Both the position numbers and the translations under genes were made by a program. Below are positions 57,997 through 64,000 of a DNA stretch of 64,000 nucleotides, one piece after another. A model generated the notes under the pieces. The model was not told the origin of the DNA and did no database searches. It was given only the letters and a program-made list of their open reading frames with translations. The stretch spans positions 856 through 64,855 of the forward strand of contig JAEZWW010000048.1 in NCBI GenBank assembly GCA_023442945.1, in the 5' to 3' direction. This stretch comes from Pseudomonadota bacterium. GTDB taxonomy: Bacteria > Pseudomonadota > Gammaproteobacteria > Burkholderiales > Burkholderiaceae_C. The first letter of the stretch is position 1; each line of letters starts with the position of its first letter.

Positions 57997-58926
57997 TCAG
58001 GTGAAACCCCGCTCTCTCGTGGCCTCCACCACGTGGTCCACGAAGGAGCGGATGCGCGACGACAGCGCGCTGTTGCGGTAGTAGACGGCGTGGATCGACT
58101 GCTGCACGTTCAGCGTCTGGCGCGGGAGCACCTGCACCAGGCGACCAGCAGCGCGATCGCCGTGCGTCATGAAGTCCGACAGACAGGCGATGCCGGCGCC
58201 TTGCAGCGCCAGGTAGCGCAGCGTCTCGCCGCTGCTGGCGCGCACGGCGGGCGCGACGTGCAGGCGCGTGCCGTCGCCGGCCACGCTGCCCACGTTGGCG
58301 CTGGCGCCGCAGGGCAGCGGCCAGTCGTTCAGCGTCTCCGGCCGTGAAAAGCCCAGCAAGGTGTGCCGCGCCAGGTCGGCCACGCTGCGCGGCCGCCCGT
58401 GTGCCGACAGGTACGCGGGGCTGGCCAGCACGCGGATGCGGCTGGTACCGATCAGGCGGGCGTGCAGGGTGGAATCGGGCAGCGCGCCGATGCGAAAGGC
58501 CACGTCGGTGCGGCGCTCCAGCAGGTCGATGACGTGTTCGTTGTTGCACAGCTCCAGCGCCACCCTGGGGTAGCGCGCGCGGTAGCTGTCGACCAGCGGC
58601 GCGATCACGTGCAGCATGAAGGACGAGGCGGCGTCCACCCGCAGCGGGCCGCTGGGGGTGTCGCGTCGGGCGGCCAGGTCGTCCTCGGCCGCGTCGACCG
58701 CCGCCAGGATCTGGCGCGCGTGCGCCAGGAAGGCCGCGCCCTCATCGGTCAAGCCCAGGCGGCGCGTGGTGCGGTGCAGCAGCGTGGTCTGCAACTTGTC
58801 TTCCAGACGGCGCAGGGTGCGGCTGGTGCCCGACACGGTCTGCCCAAGCGCCGCCGCCGCGCGCGACACCGCGCCGGTATCGACCACCGCCACCAGGGTT
58901 TGCAGCTCTTCCAGCGTGGTCTTCAT
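57997..58926 (-). CDS. LysR family transcriptional regulator
   Basis: MKTTLEELQTLVAVVDTGAVSRAAAALGQTVSGTSRTLRRLEDKL forms the wHTH. Divergent from the MFS gene. Confidence 0.9.
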   Translation of the reverse strand: MKTTLEELQTLVAVVDTGAVSRAAAALGQTVSGTSRTLRRLEDKLQTTLLHRTTRRLGLTDEGAAFLAHARQILAAVDAAEDDLAARRDTPSGPLRVDAASSFMLHVIAPLVDSYRARYPRVALELCNNEHVIDLLERRTDVAFRIGALPDSTLHARLIGTSRIRVLASPAYLSAHGRPRSVADLARHTLLGFSRPETLNDWPLPCGASANVGSVAGDGTRLHVAPAVRASSGETLRYLALQGAGIACLSDFMTHGDRAAGRLVQVLPRQTLNVQQSIHAVYYRNSALSSRIRSFVDHVVEATRERGFT

Positions 58927-59039
58927 TTTTGCGCCCAGTGCAAATTTCAATTCCAGATTCCCTACTTTATCTGCAAGGGTGACCCTTCGACAATTTGCCC
59001 ATTCCTCACCTTGCGGGCGCTGTCGCTCCGCGCCGTTTT

Positions 59040-60275
59040 ATGTCGTCCACCTCTTCCGCCACTTCCGCACCCATGTCCCCGGCTCTGGTCCGGCTGGCGC
59101 TCCTGGCGCTGGCGGTCGGCGCCTTCGGCATCGGCACCACCGAGTTCGCACCCATGGGCCTGCTGCCCGTCATCGCCGACGGCGTGGGCGTGTCGATCCC
59201 CACCGCTGGCGGCCTGGTCAGCGCCTACGCCATCGGGGTGATGCTGGGCGCGCCGCTGATGACGCTGCTGTTGGCGCGCTGGTCGCGCCGCAAAGCCTTG
59301 ATCGCGCTGATGGCCATCTTCACGCTGGGCAACCTGCTGTCGGCACTGGCGCCCAATTACCTGTCGCTGATGGGCGCGCGCATCGTCACCAGCTTGAACC
59401 ACGGCGCCTTCTTCGGCCTGGGCTCGCTGGTCGCGGCCAGCCTGGTGCCCCCGGCGCAGCGCGCCAGCGCCATCGCGGCCATGTTCATGGGCCTGACCAT
59501 CGCCAACGTGGGCGGCGTGCCCGCCGCGACCTGGTTGGGCCAGACGATCGGCTGGCGCCTGTCGTTCGCGGCGACGGCGGGCCTGGGCGTGCTGGCCATG
59601 CTGGCGCTGTGGCGCGCCCTGCCAGCCGACCGCGCCGGCGCACGACCCGACGTGCGTGCCGAATTAAAGGTGCTGACGCGCCGCCCGGTGCTGATGGCGA
59701 TGGCGACGACGGTGCTCAGCTCCGCCGCGCTGTTTGCGCTGTACACCTACGTCACACCCGCCTTGACCACGCTGACGCACGCCTCGCCCGGCTTCGTCGC
59801 CGCCATGCTGATGGTCATCGGCCTAGGCTTTACGGCCGGCAACTGGCTGGGCGGCAAGCTGGCGGACCGGTCGCTGACGGGCACGCTGATCGGCTTCTTC
59901 CTGCTGGAGATCGGCACCCTGCTGGCCTTTCCCACGTTGGCCAAGTCCGCCTGGGGCGCTGGCCTGACGCTGTTCGCCTGGGGCATCGCCAGCTTCGGCC
60001 TGGTGCCGCCGCTGCAGATGCGGGTGATGAGCGCCGCCACCGGCGCGCCTGGCCTGGCCTCTTCGGTCAACATCGGTGCATTCAACCTGGGGAACGCCAT
60101 TGGTGCGGCGCTGGGCGCGGCGGTCCTCGCAGCGGGCTGGGGCTATGGCGCGGTGTCGGTGGCGGGTGCCGGCTTGGGGGCGTTGGGTTTGCTGGTGGTG
60201 CTGTGGGGCGAATGGACCCGGTCGCGCAACGCCCGCGGTGCGGACGATCAAGCCGCGGCCTGTGCCAAGAGTTGA
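59040..60275 (+). CDS. MFS transporter (DHA1-like)
   Basis: About 12 predicted TM helices. The N-terminal sequence FGIGTTEFAPMGLLPVIADGVGVSIPTAGGLVSAYAIGVMLGAPLM is typical. Start placed at ATG 59040. Confidence 0.88.
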   Translation: MSSTSSATSAPMSPALVRLALLALAVGAFGIGTTEFAPMGLLPVIADGVGVSIPTAGGLVSAYAIGVMLGAPLMTLLLARWSRRKALIALMAIFTLGNLLSALAPNYLSLMGARIVTSLNHGAFFGLGSLVAASLVPPAQRASAIAAMFMGLTIANVGGVPAATWLGQTIGWRLSFAATAGLGVLAMLALWRALPADRAGARPDVRAELKVLTRRPVLMAMATTVLSSAALFALYTYVTPALTTLTHASPGFVAAMLMVIGLGFTAGNWLGGKLADRSLTGTLIGFFLLEIGTLLAFPTLAKSAWGAGLTLFAWGIASFGLVPPLQMRVMSAATGAPGLASSVNIGAFNLGNAIGAALGAAVLAAGWGYGAVSVAGAGLGALGLLVVLWGEWTRSRNARGADDQAAACAKS

Positions 60276-60314
60276 ACAGCGGGCGCGGTCATGGCCCGTG
60301 TCCGCAGGAGGCGC

Positions 60315-60908
60315 TCAAGGCGCCGCGCAGAATTGGGGCCCCGAGAAGAAATCCACGTGGACGGATCGAACGCTGGGATCCATGCGCCGCACATCGGGCG
60401 TGGCGCGCGCGCCGCGGGCGGTCTTGGGCGCCACCGAAGCGTTCAGTTGCCTGAAGTAGGCGGTGCACTTGCGGTTGTTTTCCAGCCAACGGAATTCCAC
60501 CTCATAGTCGCGCTGGGCAACGGCATCAAAACGCAAGGGAACATGGCAGGTAATCGTCCGGAGTGCCTGTGTCTTGACCGACGTCAGCGTCACGCCCACC
60601 GGCTTACCAGCGGGAATCAGCGCCTCTGTACTGCGCTGCGCGGGCGTGACCTGCGGACCGGGCATCCCCAAGCTGCCTGCAGTCTCCGCCGTCACGGACC
60701 CGCGCGCGACGCGGGGCGGGTCGGCCGGGCACTGGTCCAGCGCATACACGCTGTAGTAGGACGCGCTGTCTTGGGCGCTGTAGATCATCCGCAGGCGCGC
60801 CGTTGCCTCACCAGACTGCGGCGCGTAGGCGACCTGAGTGGCGCAGCCGACGCTGCCTGCCGCCAAAGCGGCCACTGCAAACCACCTCAGACAAGGTGCC
60901 AAATTCAT
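60315..60908 (-). CDS. hypothetical lipoprotein
   Basis: Signal peptide and lipobox ALAAGSVGC. 197 aa. No family recognised. Confidence 0.6.
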   Translation of the reverse strand: MNLAPCLRWFAVAALAAGSVGCATQVAYAPQSGEATARLRMIYSAQDSASYYSVYALDQCPADPPRVARGSVTAETAGSLGMPGPQVTPAQRSTEALIPAGKPVGVTLTSVKTQALRTITCHVPLRFDAVAQRDYEVEFRWLENNRKCTAYFRQLNASVAPKTARGARATPDVRRMDPSVRSVHVDFFSGPQFCAAP

Positions 60909-60964
60909 AGTGTTTTCCTCCCTTTTTCTAGCGCACTTGCGACGCCTAATGGCCTTCGATGGCC

Positions 60965-62041
<1,077 letters not shown>

Positions 62042-62134
62042 GGGATGCGCAGGGAAAGCACTGGACAGATAGCCAGTTGGTCGCATTATGGGCGCTGATG
62101 CGCCGAGTGCGCGCTTTCGCGTGGCTTGCGCCGC

Positions 62135-62626
62135 TCAAAGGGACGACGCACCCTCTTCTTCCCGCATCGCCAGGGCGCGCACGCGCCGCGGCTCGGGCGA
62201 TTCGCCAAACGCGGCCTGGTAAGCCGCGGGGCTGTTGAAGAGCGCGCGCCGCACGCGCAGCTCGCTGAGGGGCAGAACAAAAGGTGGGGACGTTTCGGGC
62301 ACGCCGCGCCGGCAGGTCCCGGTGAGCCGCACCAGCAGAAAGGCATCGCCTGTGGCATCAAGCCTGTTGCTCAGCCCAAGAAGCCATTCGGTGGTGAGAT
62401 CCGGGTGCCAGCCGCCGGACTGGGATTGCGGGTGTCGCACCGTCTCCGAATGCCGCAGGGTGCGCCATGTGACCAGGGGATTGTGCTGTGCCAGTGTTGC
62501 GCCCAGCGCGGCTTCATGCTGCTCGCGCAGCCGCTGCAGTTGTCGATGCCAACGCTGGCGCTGCCAGACCGTCAGGCCCAGGGCGAGCGCCACCGCACTC
62601 AGAAACGCGACCGCATCCACGGTCAC
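62135..62626 (-). CDS. hypothetical membrane-anchored protein downstream of the protease gene
   Basis: 163 aa with an N-terminal TM helix (VAFLSAVALALGLTVW). Third-position GC looks coding-like. It starts 41 nt after the protease stop on the same strand. No family recognised. Confidence 0.5.
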   Translation of the reverse strand: MTVDAVAFLSAVALALGLTVWQRQRWHRQLQRLREQHEAALGATLAQHNPLVTWRTLRHSETVRHPQSQSGGWHPDLTTEWLLGLSNRLDATGDAFLLVRLTGTCRRGVPETSPPFVLPLSELRVRRALFNSPAAYQAAFGESPEPRRVRALAMREEEGASSL

Positions 62627-62667
62627 ATGACGGGTTGCGGTGGCGCTACTGCGTCAGTCACGCGACA

Positions 62668-64000
62668 TCAGGGGGCGAGCCACTTGTTGATGCCGGCTGC
62701 GAAGGAGCGCTCGAAGCGACCATAGTCGTCCGTCCCGCTTGGATTCCGGCAGCTCGACCCGCCGCCCATGAGGTTGCCCACCACATAGCGCTTGCCGCCG
62801 TTCGCCTCGGTGAAGATGGCTGAACCGCTGCTGCCACCCTCGGTGACCCCACGTCGCCATGTGATCTTGAACATGTTGCCATTGGAGACGTTGGCTGCAC
62901 TGCAATCGATGGTGCCATCGTTGAGCGAAGTGCAGTTGCTGTAGCCGCTCACCGTGCCCACGCTGTACTTCTGCAGGTCCCCAGCCGGGTTGTGAACACC
63001 GACCACGCTTGACCCATTGCCCACTTGGCTGCCGTAATAGGAGCCTGCGTACACGACGTTGGCGGGCACACCACTGTTCAACTGCAGCAGAGTGGCGTCC
63101 GTCGGTGCGTGCGTGAAGCGCAGCGTGGCACCGCCTGAAAAGCGCCTTGCCGCTTCGTCGAACTTGGGCGAGCTGTTGCAGGATGCCGCACGGAAGAACC
63201 AATACGTCGTCAGCGTTGATGCCGCCTCCTGCGTCGAGATGCAGTGGTTCGCGCTGAGGAAATACGGCGTCTGGCTGTTGCGGGTGTCGTTCAGCAACGT
63301 ACCCGTGCACATATAGCCATTGCCGCCCTTCTGATAGGTCATGTGGGCCACGGCACGGCTTTGCGGGTCGAGGCTGGGCTCGCACATCACGTCCAGGTTG
63401 CAACTGCCCGATGCGCCGATTTCCGCTTCAGCTTTGGCAGAGACGTCCAACGCCTCGGACACGGTACGTGTCCAATGCGACAGCTGCGGCACAGCCAGTT
63501 GCAATTGCGCTGGCGAGACACCCGCCGGCAGCTGGACTTCCAGCGTGCTGGTCGCGCCCGCCGTGTCCGGACTCCAGTACATGCGCGCCGCGTTGCCCAG
63601 CACGCCACCAGACTCGTTGAGCTGGCGCAGGTTGTTCAACTCTTCCGACGTCACTTCGACAACTTCGGTGCCCGGCGCACCGTAGGTGCGCAGCACCGCA
63701 CCCGCTGGCACGTTCAGCGCCAGTACGCCCAGGCGGATGGCCCGCGCGCCTTCTGCCGTGAAAGACACGGCGGCCACTTGCGAGCCATCGGCCAGCGTGG
63801 TCCAGCGCCATGCGCGCGCCAAGTCTTCAGCGGTGGCAGTCGCAGCGACGTCACGGCCTTCACCGATCTTGAGCGCCACGCCCTTTTCGGCCGCAGGAGT
63901 CGCCTTAACCAGCGGCAGCGGCCCCAATGCGACGTTCGCGACGCCCGCGCCGACCGGCAGCCGGCTGGCCGCTGCGATTTGGAGCTTGGCAGGCGCGGCC
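62668..64000 (-). CDS. trypsin-fold serine endopeptidase, lysyl endopeptidase (Achromobacter protease I)-like; 5' end outside window
   Basis: The frame is open to the window edge. The mature-domain sequence GASGSCNLDVMCEP...MCTGTLLND...FLSANHC (His), TDATLLQL (Asp), TEGGSSGSAIF (Ser) and GGGSSC...DDYGRF is collinear with lysyl endopeptidases. Confidence 0.8.
   Translation of the reverse strand, partial: AAPAKLQIAAASRLPVGAGVANVALGPLPLVKATPAAEKGVALKIGEGRDVAATATAEDLARAWRWTTLADGSQVAAVSFTAEGARAIRLGVLALNVPAGAVLRTYGAPGTEVVEVTSEELNNLRQLNESGGVLGNAARMYWSPDTAGATSTLEVQLPAGVSPAQLQLAVPQLSHWTRTVSEALDVSAKAEAEIGASGSCNLDVMCEPSLDPQSRAVAHMTYQKGGNGYMCTGTLLNDTRNSQTPYFLSANHCISTQEAASTLTTYWFFRAASCNSSPKFDEAARRFSGGATLRFTHAPTDATLLQLNSGVPANVVYAGSYYGSQVGNGSSVVGVHNPAGDLQKYSVGTVSGYSNCTSLNDGTIDCSAANVSNGNMFKITWRRGVTEGGSSGSAIFTEANGGKRYVVGNLMGGGSSCRNPSGTDDYGRFERSFAAGINKWLAP

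Overview
High-GC chromosomal segment that looks betaproteobacterial (Burkholderiales, Comamonadaceae-like; inferred from gene order and protein motifs, no search was run). Most of it is conserved housekeeping DNA. The core is a complete, tightly packed dcw cell-wall/division cluster on the minus strand, running mraZ-rsmH-ftsL-ftsI-murE-murF-mraY-murD-ftsW-murG-murC-ddl-ftsQ-ftsA-ftsZ and then lpxC (about 26.7-45.1 kb). Flanking housekeeping genes are glmS, ttcA, rodA, mtgA, ruvC, hslVU, dksA, xerC, dapF and ruvB. I found no rRNA, tRNA, CRISPR array, IS element, transposase or prophage gene.

Observations not explained by ordinary gene annotation:
1. A family of 14-15 REP-like imperfect palindromes lies in intergenic DNA. 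None occurs in the dcw cluster, and copies are dense at 51.5-58 kb.
2. One of these copies sits in frame in the linker of a single ORF that joins an SDR reductase to dihydroneopterin aldolase (FolB).
3. A tandem partial duplication left an orphan folB 3' fragment and two paralogous IPTL-CTERM-tailed secreted proteins. One paralog is frameshifted at a C5 tract.
4. Four AGTG(C/G) direct repeats at exactly 10-bp spacing lie upstream of mraZ and are a likely MraZ operator.
5. A stand-alone GyrB-like TOPRIM protein lacks the ATPase half.
6. A 596-aa protein with two STAS-like modules lies between dksA and hslV.
7. DksA carries an Ala/Lys/Pro-rich N-terminal extension whose start has a good RBS.
8. 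An AadA-like nucleotidyltransferase gene is bracketed by REP copies.
9. A lysyl-endopeptidase-like protease is paired with a small membrane protein at the right edge.

No defence or secretion system of a recognisable novel type is evident. Many long ORFs in the six-frame track are high-GC shadow ORFs antisense to real genes and were not called.
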